A DNA stretch of 61,647 nucleotides, filler included, from Globobulimina sp. (GCA_003354225.1; 17 parts of 17 records of this genome joined end to end with filler, not necessarily neighbours in it); one strand, 5' to 3'. Shown: positions 12,981 through 26,022, numbered from the whole stretch's first letter. Notes: generated by a model not told the origin, from the sequence alone. Made by a program: numbers and translations.

Positions 12981-13625
12981 TGTTTTTTTTTTTGACTTTC
13001 GTTTTGTTGTATTGCCAAAATGACCATATATATTATATTTTTGTTTGTGAGTGATGTAAACTATTCCTGTTTTGACTGGGATTTATTTAATTTAATCTTA
13101 TACTGTTTTTGGTTGGCTTGTGTTTTTAAATTGTTTTACCAAAAAAAACTTCAGTTGAGCTTACAAAAGCCCTAGAGGTAGTAAAATAGAAACGAAAAAC
13201 ATAACTTGTACAGAATAAATCCAACTAGTTCCATATTAAGTAAACAAAACCCATGGGATGCTCAAAAAATTCGCTTTTCCCAAGGGGATAAATACATGTA
13301 TTCCTCCGGTGATTGATTAAAATATAGAATTTATTTATTATTTATTATTGATCAATAATAAGTGATTGTGTCTTATGTTTGTTGGTTTAGTGTTGTTATA
13401 TGTTTGTTAGGTAATGTGTGTATCTGTTTAACGGATTTTGAATGACTGATTGTAGTGCTAAACAGGGCTCTCCGATAAGTACTGTTTTTTTTTGCTGTTC
13501 GAAAAGGTTTTTTTGTTTTTTTACTGATCTTGTCGCTCTTCTCATCATAATATATATTATATTTGGCGAAATATGCTCGCAGAGTTAATTGAATATAAAT
13601 GGAATTTAATGGTATGCCTATGGAT

Positions 13626-13696
13626 TGTCGCCTAGCTCAAGTAGAGCAATGGATGTATAGATCCAGAAGATTCATGTTCAATCCATGAGGCAGCCT
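13626..13696 (+). pseudogene. Degenerate tRNA-like sequence (most like tRNA-Tyr)
   Basis: TA-GCTC..GAGC D arm, TGGAT/ATCCA anticodon stem with an abnormal 6-nt loop, perfect TCATG-TTCAATC-CATGA T arm, only 5 of 7 acceptor pairs. Confidence 0.55.
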
Positions 13697-14545
13697 CCCT
13701 GATAATCAAGCCACCAAATTCAAGCAAATAAATAATTAAAATTAATTGGATTGGAATAAAAATGAGTTGGGTTTAAAATAATTTAATTAAACTGAACAGA
13801 ATTTAGATCAAACAGAATTGATATTGAATTATATTGATATTAAATTTGATAGGATTGGAGATTTGAGAGAGAATAGAGAAGATAGAGAGGTAAAAAGAAA
13901 GAAAAAAAAATAGATTTGGATGAATAGGATTAGTAAAAATGATAAATATTGGATGGTCACACAATGGCCACAAACAGTCGCAAGCATTCTGCATCACAAT
14001 AAGATGACAGTAATATACTAATCTAACAATTAATAAATTGATTTTTGTTGATCTGACAATTAACTGTCAGATCTTTACTGACTATCCTTGCACACAAAAT
14101 ATTGTTTATCTTATTCTTAAATTTCAAAAAAACAAACAAATCAATTACTTTCATGATATATAAATAAACTCATTACTGTCATTTTATTGTGATACGGAAT
14201 GCTTGCAATTGTTTGTGTGGCCATTTTGAGACAACCCTCCCTATTTAAACATAATGTGTTTGTACTCTAGTTAATATTACATTCATTAGGTTGGATATGT
14301 TGGATTCAATTTGAAATTGATAATTTAAACAAAAAATATCATAAACAGTTATATTTTGATATTAGGATTATGAATGTATTCATAATTATAAAAATAGATA
14401 AATTTTATACCAAAAATATCTTCTTAAAATAGCTTTTATTCTTCANNNNNNNNNNNNNNNNNNNNNNNNNNNNNNNNNNNNNNNNNNNNTTAATTAATTA
14501 ANNNNNNNNNNNNNNNNNNNNNNNNNNNNNNNNNNNNNNNNNNNN

Positions 14546-15664
14546 ATTTTTATAACGATATCTATTCCTTTTATGCGGATCAAACAATTTATTTTCATTC
14601 AATTTTTTATTCATTTCAATTTTTAATTTATCCCTTTGTCGATCAATCTTTGTGTTATGAATTATTGCATTTTTAAACTGATAATGGGCCATACTGTCCA
14701 TAATAACATAGCCCCCTTTTTTCATTTCATTTGGTGTCAAAACAATAAATTCTGGATATTCATTGATTATTTTCTGTGTTAATATGCGCAAAATGGATTG
14801 GTTCGGATTTATTCGGATATACATAAAATGATTTGGAATTCGTATAATTACATTTAATTTATCCTCATTCTTCACTTCCAATGATACGCGTTTCCAAAAG
14901 TTGGGTAATACATTTTCTTCAATAATGGACCGTGCAATATTTTGCGAATTATTTTTTGTTGATTTTTTATGTTTTTTTCTCTGTACAGCAGGCAACCGAA
15001 TTAAATTAATATCATTCAAATATTTCCAATATTTATCAAAAATATCGTTTTTATAATCAATTTGTTTGGCATTATTATTATTAATTTTTGAACCAATGGA
15101 CTCTGTTTGTAACGTTTGAAACTTTTGTTGTTTTAAATTGTTTAAGACCGATAATAATGTTTTATTTTCATTGATATCATGTAATAATAATTGATGAGCA
15201 CCAAACTGTACAGATATTGTCCAATGTATTGTTTTTAAAACATTATTTTTATTATTATTATTATTTATTGTTTTTATAACAAATGTTTGATTATTTTTAT
15301 GTTTTGCCATTCCAAGCGGCTGAAGAAATAATCGAATTTTTTTAAATTTTGCAGCAGAGCATAAACTACAAAATCTATCATTTGTATTTCTATCCTGTCT
15401 GTGATGTAACAATGGATCACGTGATGATATACGCATTTTGGATGATAAGTTCATTAAAAATCTCATATCTTTACGTAATAAGGTACTATTCATTGCTGAT
15501 AACGGCCTAAATTCAATTTTGTCTTTCTTTCCATTGCAATTATTATTTAATTTGTGTTGATTACAACAAGCCAAACTGCATGATATTAATGAACATCGTG
15601 GGCAACGATATTTACCACCATTAAGATTACAATTGTTACACAAGCCCAGCTTTTTCGCATTCAT
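14546..15664 (-). CDS. BCD1: Box C/D snoRNA biogenesis protein BCD1/ZNHIT6 (zf-HIT), 3'-partial
   Basis: CNNC..KYRCPRCSLISCSLACCNQHK..CNGKKDK; LRKDMRFL; PLGMAKHKNNQT; IHWTI; IINEYPEFIV. Confidence 0.85.
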
Positions 15665-15724
15665 TATTTCTTAGTGTGAAGTATAAAAACTTTACTAAAA
15701 CGTTTTTCTTCGAAAAAATAACAA

Positions 15725-16291
15725 ATGGCGTTAAAGAAAAATAGCACCACTGACAAGGAAGAAAAAAAGGGAAATGAGGTTGAAATAAAAGTAGGAATTG
15801 ATTTTGGTGGAGTAATAATGAATTATGATGGCAGTTTTTTAACGACTAATTATTTGAATGCACAACCACATGAAATAAGATTTGATACAATAAAATTTAT
15901 TATACATAAATATGGAGCATCAAATTGTTACATTGTATCTAAAGCAAAACAAAAAATGAGAGCAAAAATAGTAATCTGGCTGAAACATTATAATTTTTTT
16001 CAAATCACTGGCTTTTGTGAATCAAATATGTATTTTGTAGTGGAATATATTGAAAAAAAATATGTTGTTGATAAATTACTAATTAATATATTTATTGATG
16101 ATAAGATACAAATTGTAACAAGAATAATTGAATGCAGATCAATTAAAAAGGTAATTTGGTTCAATAATAATGAGAATGCATACAAATCAATGCAACATAT
16201 TCATAAAAACTACAGAAACCGTTTGGTGATTGCAAAGAATTGGAAAAGAGTTCAAAAAGTTCTCACTAAAATTCCAAACAATTTTATTTGA
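15725..16291 (+). CDS. Small HAD-superfamily-like protein
   Basis: VGIDFGGVI (motif I variant), YIVSK (motif II), EKK and IFIDD (motifs III/IV); intronless. Confidence 0.65.
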   Translation: MALKKNSTTDKEEKKGNEVEIKVGIDFGGVIMNYDGSFLTTNYLNAQPHEIRFDTIKFIIHKYGASNCYIVSKAKQKMRAKIVIWLKHYNFFQITGFCESNMYFVVEYIEKKYVVDKLLINIFIDDKIQIVTRIIECRSIKKVIWFNNNENAYKSMQHIHKNYRNRLVIAKNWKRVQKVLTKIPNNFI

Positions 16292-16511
16292 TCTCAACCA
16301 TACAAATTGTTCGTATCTCTATGCATATAAATACATCACCTTTGTCAGGGCTTCGTGTCACATGTTTTCGTTTTCTAACAGTATACAGTATACACAACTA
16401 AATATTGTATACAGTATATAATAGGACGTGCATGGAGGGCGTGTTAGAAAACACTCTTTTTAAAAAGTAATACGGTAATATAATATAAATGTACAAAGTA
16501 TTATTATTTAA

Positions 16512-17874
16512 TTATAAAACATCGGAATCCGGTTCATCTTGTTCAGTATCCGATATATAACCATCGATTTCATCTTCACGTAACATATTTCCATTTTTCC
16601 ATTGTGGAGCCTTTGCATAATAACAAACAATACACATCAAAAATAAAAATATTACAATCACCAATCCAACAATAACTACTGATCTCGTATCCAATACAAC
16701 TTGACTTGGTATTTCTACACCAAATCTAGAACTGATCACTATTGAACCAGTACTTTTTGAGGTACATCGCCATACTTCATTTACATTATCCTGTACAGGT
16801 CTATAATTCGGTGCGATAGAGTCACCTTAATTGGAAAAAAGCAAATTACAAACGTTTCTGATATATTTCACTGTAAATGTAGAAACATTTTACCTTCAGA
16901 ATTTAACAATGTTCTAAATGTTTGCAATTGCCGTTCCGATATTGTTCCTCTTGCATTCATCATAAACCATCGGACAACATCTGTACAAGGCGGCGTAGTC
17001 AATGAACCTTCATATGCATAATAACCAGCTGTCTTTATATGCTCTGGAATAATATATCTTAAATTTAAATCATTAATAACAGCCATCCCTTCTGTAACAT
17101 TAACAGTTGTACTATCATCGGGTGAGTTTATTTTGGATAAGGCAGAATCAGTGAATATCTCATCAAAACCAGGATTATCTGTTTCTGATAATTCAAACAG
17201 TATAGAAACTACCGCTAACACTTTCGGATCATTATCTTGCGGATATTCGTCCAATGCTGCCCCTAAATCTATTGCATCACATGCATAATGTACAAAATGC
17301 CCTTCTAATGGGAAATGTATCCCATTTATACTATGTTCACCTGAAACAACAAACAAATCATGTTACAACAGACAGATAAACAGAAACAAAACTTCCATGA
17401 TCGGATGTTGTACCCCAATGGAAATGAAATGAATCCAAACAAAATTCTGAATGTTCAGAATTTTGGGGCGCGAAATAATCTTCAAATTTAGCAATGGTAT
17501 CGTAATTTGAATTCAATGATTTGTATTCAATATTTTTTAATCGTCGTCGAAGTGGCCAATTACTGTATTTATCTGGTTTTGCTGCTATCTTAATTATAAA
17601 TTAGTTTGTTAGATATATAAATTAGTTATCAGATATGCTAAACTAATTGTAAACTATGACCATTATTAATAACTTTAAATATGGATTGGTCATATTTAAC
17701 ATGCCAAGAAAATTCAGCAACACATACTTCTGGGTTAACAACAGCTGACTCCGTTACAATATTAATTGGTGATTCATCATTTTCCGCACAATCTTCATAT
17801 TCACTTTTCCATTCTGCTGTATCGCCATATCCCCAATGTGCGTGTTCTCCCGATTCCACACTCTCCACTGCCAA
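16512..17874 (-). CDS. Alpha-carbonic anhydrase with C-terminal TM helix; introns 17589-17643, 17341-17392, 16826-16893; 5' end missing or uncertain
   Basis: Spliced product: HWGY, ESPINI, NNGHSLQ, FHFHWG..GSEH, FPLEGHFVH, YEGSLTTPPC, VRWF, NYRPVQ, then VVIVGLVIVIFLFLMCIVCYY. Confidence 0.92.
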
Positions 17875-18179
17875 TTCTGATCCAAATCGTCTGAACCTAG
17901 TATTATGTGCGATGTTCTTTAGCGAGCTGATAGGCTTTCCAAATCTCTTGGGCGTATGTACGCCCTCAAATCTGTATGGACGATTTCGATTCTAGATACT
18001 AGCACCTTGGGGACAGAGGACAGTGAGAGTATCACTTGTTTGCATGCTCCAAAGAAGCCGAGTTGTCCCATCTGTGGCANNNNNNNNNNNNNNNNNNNNN
18101 NNNNNNNNNNNNNNNNNNNNNNNTTAATTAATTAANNNNNNNNNNNNNNNNNNNNNNNNNNNNNNNNNNNNNNNNNNNN

Positions 18180-20375
18180 ACATTTTCTAATCCCTTATCT
18201 TTTGCATTCATATTTAAAACACATAAATATGAATGTTTAACCCATTTACATTTAATTAATAGATCTCCAAACACATATTTATTGATTGCATATATATCAT
18301 TGCATAATAATTCAGACTTTAATGTTTTATATGTCGCTATACAATAATTTCGAGAATGTTTGAAATATTCCCAATATACAAATTGTTGCACAAACTCCAT
18401 TTCCCCCAATTTATTATCCAAATGTGATGTAAATTTATTATGTGCACACATATTTGCATTCAAATTATCACATTTCAAAAACGATTGTTTTTCATCATTA
18501 TCTGCATCCGAATTATCATCATTATCATGGTCAATATCACAAATTGAAGTGTATAAAGTATCGCGATGCAATGGATTACAATGTGTAAAATGACAATGTA
18601 TTTCGTCAAATAATTGTATCAATACCACATTTTTACTGTGCATAAATCCGAAATATTTCTTCTTTCTATCACATATCGCCATGGATTTATCTCCAAAATG
18701 CCGCCCAAAAATGTCACACGACTCATTCTCACAAATTCCAAACTGTCTACTAAAATATTGCCAATTCTCATGTTGATCTTTAATATGAATATAATCATTA
18801 TATAAAAGAAACAAATCCTTATAAAAATACATTTTACCACATATCATTTCCACCCATTCATTCAAACTCATATAATTCACAAACTTTTCCAACCATTTTA
18901 TATAAACCCGTTGCAAAAATACCACTCTCTTCAAACATTCACATTGTTCAATGTCTTCACACTGTTTCATCGCAGATAAATATATCTCATCGCTGCACCG
19001 AATACCCACAATAATATCCTTCCAGATGTTACATTCAATTTTAATCTCTTTCTGTATTTCCTGCGACAGTGTCAGGTAACTCCTTTGTTCCTCGTCCTCC
19101 ATCTCATTATCATCAATATCCAGATGTAAAATATCAATCTGATGTGAAGCAGTCACTAATTTGAGTTGTTTCAATGCAATTTGCATATTCACAGCAAAGC
19201 TTTTCTTGAGTTTGCCATTCAATGCATATCCTAACACATATACATTATATGCTGATTGATATTTATGTGCTGCCATTAATATCTTCCCATGGAACACATA
19301 GCCACTTTCAAATTTTGCATTGATTTTATATGATTTTTTTGCATCCTGTAACGCCTCGAAATAGTCATAATTTTTAAAGTAACATTCGCTGCGTTTTAGA
19401 TAATATAAATGTAAATTTTTTGTGTCGCTCAATATGGCACAGATGCGGATGATAATATTATATGCTTTAATAGCACCATTATAGTCTTCCATATTCATAT
19501 ATTTTATGGACTGTGACACTGAAAAATCAATGATTTGCGGCCCTAATAACTTATAAAATGTATAACAGATTTTATCTCCGTTATTTTCCATCAAATTAAA
19601 AGTTTTAAATAAGACCAACATGTCATTACGATACAAGGTATCAGTTTTTTTGTAGTATTTCAGTTCTTTGTCACTGTCTAATAACCACCAGATATCATTG
19701 AGTAAATTGTTTATTTTATCAGTTGAATGTCTGATATGCAATTTATTTTTATTTTTAGTTTTGCGCTCCGGTATTGTTGTGGTAATAGGTTGTGTGGTTT
19801 GTGTTATTTGTGATGAATTGTGCGGTAATTTAATGTGTGTAATGTCGATTTTGTGAGGGATTTTCTGATGCTTTGGTGTGATGGGTGAGGATGAACAATG
19901 TGTAGAGGTGTTGGGAGTATCAGAATCTCTCCGTTCCCGTTCCAGTTTGATGTTATTTGTATGTGATGTGTGTACAGCAAATATTAACGGTTCCATTCGG
20001 TCATATTTATGTTTCTGTTTATTGGATTTTGGACGCATTGCAGCTGTGTGTTATAATATTTGTATGTTTTATTTGTTTTTGTACAATCAAGAAACTTAAC
20101 GATCTGCTAAATCAAATAAATTGGGAGTGTATGAGTTTGATTGAGAATGATCAGATTCAAATCCCTTGTTTTGTTTTGTTGAAAATAATTTCAGTGTAAT
20201 ACATATATTTAGTTCAGGTATATTTAACTTCATCATTGGGAGAAGAAGGAGATGTATCATCAAATAAGTCTGATTCGTGAATTTTGAGGATTTGTAGTTC
20301 TTTCAATTGGTTTTTAACTGTATAAGTGTCTGAATCGTAATCTATTGGTATTCCTGTATTGTTGTTGGGAATCAT
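18180..20375 (-). CDS. TPR-repeat protein with a C-terminal module shared with the 956-2854 ART-like protein, 3'-partial; introns 20165-20228 and 20044-20100
   Basis: Two upstream exons splice in frame to MRPKS; TPR helices (YYLKRSECYFKNYDYFEALQDAKKS..GYVFHGKILM); YKTLKSELLCNDIYAI matches YKTLKEEVTNNEIYAI. Confidence 0.75.
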
Positions 20376-20567
20376 TATATGTCTTTAAAGTTAGCTATTA
20401 TAGATTGAAGTGGTGGAAGAAAGTTTTTCTCACAGTACATATTATTCAAATCTGGACATCATGTCACCCTCCGGACCTGTTACTTTCATTTAATTCAATT
20501 TACTTATGATTAACAACAATATTCGATAATTAACCATTATCCGCTGAGACGTACAAAATTAACAATA

Positions 20568-21712
20568 ATGTTTAACAAGAAAAAAACTAAAAATAAGAAA
20601 GAGGCCATGAAAGAATACAATGCAATCAAAGCAAAAATATTTGGAAATGAATCCAAACCAAAATACAACAATCAAATCAGTAATACGAATAATAACAAAC
20701 ACTATAATAATCATGAAAATAACTACATTTCCAAGCGATACAATAGAGCCACCTCATCCACACTGCCTAAGGACCACAACCACTCACAACCGACAGCCTT
20801 CAAACCACGTAATCATAAACCACAAAGACCAAGAAATAGACATTCACACTCATCAAACCCATCGAATTACAGTTATAACGTAACACAACGCGTCAGAGAA
20901 TACAATAAAACGAAAACCAAACCAGTGCCATCCCCATCACATTCCCATCACGATCCCCATTCACATCCTCATAAATATGGCACATATATACATACAGCGC
21001 ACGAGGAAATATATAAAAACAACAATTATAAAAAACACGCAAATGCTAAATACGATCATAAATCATCCGGTAAATGGAAAGCAAAGCCCAACGCACATAA
21101 AACACCCGACAACGAATACCAATCTGCTTATAAATCCAAGCACGAACACCAAGGCCGACACTCATATTCCAATAACAAATCGCATCGCTCCTCCCATTAC
21201 AAATCCAGTTATCATAACCCACCGCCACCGCTCTCTCCGCCCAGAGGCAGAGCTCGGGGCCGCAGCCACGGCGCTCGCAGACCATACCGAGGCAGAGGCG
21301 GAGCGCGAAGGGACTACAGATCTCCACCTCCAGCACACAAGCAATATAACATATTTTTAACGCCTCGCGCACAGAGGACAGCAGACGCAGTGTTGGAGCA
21401 AATGAAGCATTTCAACAAAGAGGAAGCTGTGGACGATTGGTGGAAGGAAACCGAAACGCAGCCAATTACGCCGCTGCACCATCACAATAACGACAAACCC
21501 AAACACAGCGATAACGACAACGACGCCACCGTCAGCAGCGAGAGTGTCGAAAAAGAAACGCACAAAGTCAATAAATCGCAGATTGAGCAGTATTTGGCAC
21601 GGCAAAAAGCGCAGAAAATGATGAATCAGTATCACGTTCCTGTGGCACCCGTGAAGTTACAGGAAACGCCGCAGCCGGTGGACGAGGCCATTATTGCTGC
21701 GGTCTGCGACAA
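20568..21712 (+). CDS. Low-complexity His/Asn/Lys/RG-rich protein, 3'-partial
   Basis: Open frame to the contig end; RGRARGR..RGRGGARR suggests a disordered RNA-binding N-terminus. Confidence 0.6.
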
Positions 21713-21812
21713 NNNNNNNNNNNNNNNNNNNNNNNNNNNNNNNNNNNNNNNNNNNNTTAATTAATTAANNNNNNNNNNNNNNNNNNNNNNNNNNNNNNNN
21801 NNNNNNNNNNNN

Positions 21813-22796
21813 ATCGCCATCTTCAATGACAATTAATCGCGGTTTTAACGTATAATCGAGGTTCCATGATAGTTTCTCATTGTCAAAGACACAAATATTG
21901 GCAAATTCTAATGAACTGTAACATATTATATCAAACCCCAATTCTAATCCTAATAAGTTAACTGTCATTGTTTTACCTGAACCACTTTTACCGTGCAACA
22001 AAGCTGCTTTGTATTGCGGATATCCACATCGATGCATATGTCGTTTATTCCCTATTATTTTCTTAGTTTTTTTATTTTTCCTCTTTTTTACTTTGTTCAT
22101 ATACTCGATTCTTGATTGTCTGCATCCTGACTCTCCTGAATAATAACCAAATAAATTATTTTTTCTTATGTTGTTTGGAGTTTTTTGGCTTTGACTTTGT
22201 AATAAATGATAAATATTATTCTTCCATTCGTTTAAAAATGCTTTTAATTTGTATACACCATTGGTATTTCCAATTATATCATCTACATTTTTAGGTTCAT
22301 ATTGCTTGGCCCATAAATCAATATTCTCATTGTTATTATTATTATTATTACTGTTTGGAGTCGGTTTGATAGCATTCACATTTTCATATTGATCAGCTGT
22401 TGATACTGGCTTTTTTGCTAAACTTAAGGTGTGATTGTGATTATTATTATTGTTATTATGATTATGATTGTTATGTTGTGGAACTGTAACAAAATATTGA
22501 TCGATTCTATGATTTTTTCCATTTAATTTGCGTTTTTTCTTTGCTTGTACAAACTTGTTTCGTTTGGTTTTTTTTTTCTTCAATTTATCTTGCGTTATCC
22601 AAGAATATTCCAATTTTTTGTCAGTATTAGATATGAACGAATCATTATCGTCATAATCAAAAATGAATTTATAATGATTATCATCACCATTATACACTCC
22701 ACAGTCTCCACTATCACCATCGCCATCACCATCACCATCATCCTCATCCAACGGACTTAATGATCGTTTGTTTTTTCTTGTTATATAATTATCCAT
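21813..22796 (-). CDS. Clamp-loader large-subunit-like AAA+ ATPase (RFC1/CTF18/ELG1 group), 3'-partial
   Basis: LWAKQYEPKNVDDIIGN (RFC box II), AALLHGKSGSGKT Walker A, LIVIED Walker B. Confidence 0.75.
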
Positions 22797-22965
22797 CTTC
22801 AGTTCAGTTATAATTTTTGAGATTTTGCAATTGAACAATGTGTTTTTGCCTGTGTCTGAAACTTATGTTATATGTAATTCTCATATAGAATTACAGAACA
22901 AAAAAAGAAGATTGTCCAATGTTTTAATAGGCAAATAAACAAAAACTGAAAAACCTGTCTAAAGA

Positions 22966-25345
22966 ATGCAAGTGAGTCAGGTTGATTTAAAAGCTTTAGG
23001 TATTGATCCGTTGCGTGGTCGAGCAAAAGAAGGGACGGGATGGCCAGAAAACAATCGCGACGAGAAATGGGATTGGCAATATTATTGTTTAACATGTCAT
23101 TTAGAAGTAAAAAGGCCATATTTATGTAAAGCAGAACGCAGATTAAATAAAACTGCATATTCCCCAACAACACCAAATTGGTCATTTAATCGTCCTCCTT
23201 CACTGAAACCACGTTGTCCGCAATGTAAAGAATTGGATAAATTAATTACTAAACAACAACGTATCGATTGGTTTAAAGCGAATATTGCTAAAATATACCA
23301 AGAAGAACAACGCTTAAAAACATTTCAAAAAAAATGGAAAAAATTTCGAAAAAAAAATTATGATCTATTATTTAACAATAACAACCATAAAATACCTCGA
23401 GAGAGCTTAAAATATAAAGACCAGGACATGTGGCAATGTCATATCAATTTATTACAATATATTGAGGATCGCAGTGGGTGTTTTATGCCAAGAAGTGAGT
23501 CCACAAAAGAAGACCTTAAATTGGTTTGGGAGTTAGACCATAAATGGAGGACCACCCGGCAACAAAATGAAGAAGCAAATACAATGAAAAATAGTGGCGA
23601 TGTTGAAGTAAATAAAAAAAATTATCCGCGCGCATTACATTATTATAATAGAGCCATCACTGCGAGAATTGATAGAACTGATTTATATTTACAAAGAGCA
23701 GTCTTATTCTTCCTCACCGGACAATATTCAAAGTGCATCACGGATTGTACCATTATTATCGCTATGATTGATACGGTCCACACACAATTAAAGAAATCTG
23801 GCATATATGTTGAAGCATATTATAATAGAGCTAAAGCTAAAAAGTTAATGTCATACCATATCACAAATCACATCACATCACATCCTTGCACTTCTGATTT
23901 AATTTAATATGTTTGTGTGTTACACAGATTTTTATCCAAATTGGAGGATGCAAGGAAAGATTTACAAGAGGCATTGTTAGTGGATGACGATGATATGGAT
24001 TGTAAGAAATTATTGAGTGAGATAAATACATTATTACTATTAGAAAATAAAAACGATATTAAAGAGAATGAGGAGAATGAATTATTATTTGAAGGGAGTT
24101 TAGATTTTTTACAAAGTGCTGACGATAAAACCCAGCTCTCTGAATATAAATTATTTTGTTCCTTATTCAAATTAATTAAAGCAAAAAAGATGTATTATAA
24201 CGCATTTGTGAATGAAAGGAATGGAATTGTTTTATGTTTAAATTATATGCGATCGAAATTTAAATCATTAAATTCGAAAGAAGCATTGAGAGATATTGGC
24301 AATCCTGGTTTGGATGAATTGTTTAAAATTATCAATGATATCGTGATTGGGCAATGGCAGCATAGTATGAATATGGATATGATTGGAAAGAATAAGAAAT
24401 TAATCAGTAATAATATATTATATATATTTACATTATATCCTTATATGCATAGTATTTTACAGGAGGAATCATTAAGATTTGCAACTTTTATGTTTAAGAT
24501 GCCAATTATTAATAAATGTATACAGTACAATTATGTCAAGCCATTAATGGCAAGATTTAAGACATTAAATCGTAAAATAAAGACAATACAAACCCCATTG
24601 TTGGATAATTGTATGTTCCAATGTATGGTTGGATTATTTGGTGATGAAAAGGGAATAAATGAGAAAGTTTGTGAAATGTATAATAATAACGAGATATTAT
24701 ATGAATGGATGGTAAAATATATAAAATATTGCAACAAATTAAAACCTTCTGATAAGAGTTATGTTGAGTCATTTGAGAATTTATTTATTATATTGAATGG
24801 GGTCAAAAAGACCGTACATTACAACAAAGATAACTCATTTTATATGTTATATTCTGAAAGCAAACAGAAACAATTTGCTGTGCTAATATCGTTTTTAGAT
24901 GAATTAAAAAACATTGATTTAAATAAGATTGAGGATGACCGCTATTTCCAATTGCGACTAAATGGCATTGCATTATGTGTGGCGATTATAAATTGTTTAT
25001 GTAATAAGGAAGAAGGAAGAAAATGGCTATTAAAAAATAATAATAATAATAGAAGTGCTGGAATATCAAGAAATATGTTAAATGTATTAATACTAATTAA
25101 AAATAAAGAAAAATATACAAATAAATTGCAGATTGATAATAATTTAGGTGTTTGTATTGATAATATTTTTAGGAAATTAATACAACAGCAACAGGACAAT
25201 CAAGAATTGAAAGAGATTCAAGAAAAGGAAGAAAAAGAAAGAAAGAAAAAAGAAAAAGAAGAGAGACAAGAAAAGGAAGAAAAAGAGAAAGAGAGAAAAG
25301 TGGAAAACAAAGTGGAACCGCAAGATGAGGATGAATTTGACGAAG
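22966..25345 (+). CDS. TPR-domain protein with helical/coiled-coil C-terminus, 3'-partial; intron 23844-23927
   Basis: ANTMKNSG..KNYPRALHYYNRAI..LYLQRA..AYYNRAKA | FLSKLEDARKDLQEAL: three TPRs joined in frame by the intron; N-terminal CxxC pairs. Confidence 0.75.
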
Positions 25346-25446
25346 NNNNNNNNNNNNNNNNNNNNNNNNNNNNNNNNNNNNNNNNNNNNTTAATTAATTA
25401 ANNNNNNNNNNNNNNNNNNNNNNNNNNNNNNNNNNNNNNNNNNNNG

Positions 25447-26022
25447 CACACAAACAATAGTAATCAGGGAGACGGGGAGGAGAATAATATGGATGGCGAG
25501 AATAAGGATATGATGATCCCGAACCAGAATGAGAAATATTATAAGTTGATCAAATTGGGCGAGTATTTGGAGATATTGTCGTATATAAAGCAGTATTATT
25601 ACAATAATAAGGAGTGTTTCGATATTAATTTGACTGTGGGACAGGCGTTGGGGCGGCGGCCCTATTTATTGGACGCGTATTGTACTGATAAGGATTCGTT
25701 TGGCTATTTTTTTAAGATTATCGACCAACACAAACAGGAGGACAGATTCGCAAAAGCAAAGGCGAAGTATGAGGATAATGAGAGTGCCAACGTGCATATT
25801 AAGTCGATTCGCATCGAGAATGTCAAGCCGTCAAAGTATCGCTTGTATGGACTTATTTCGATGCGGGATATGTTTGAATTGTTTAACAAGGACTTGTTGA
25901 CGACAATGCATTTGATTCAGGAGCAGATCACAAATCATATCAAAGGCTGCAAACATTGTAAGAAACGGTCGTACGGCGCAAATGTGCAATTTATTAGTAA
26001 GTTTTCTGACGTTTTGCAATAA
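25447..26022 (+). CDS. Hypothetical protein, C-terminal part
   Basis: Frame open from the contig start to TAA; HIKGCKHC near the end; no family recognised. Confidence 0.55.
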   Translation, partial: HTNNSNQGDGEENNMDGENKDMMIPNQNEKYYKLIKLGEYLEILSYIKQYYYNNKECFDINLTVGQALGRRPYLLDAYCTDKDSFGYFFKIIDQHKQEDRFAKAKAKYEDNESANVHIKSIRIENVKPSKYRLYGLISMRDMFELFNKDLLTTMHLIQEQITNHIKGCKHCKKRSYGANVQFISKFSDVLQ

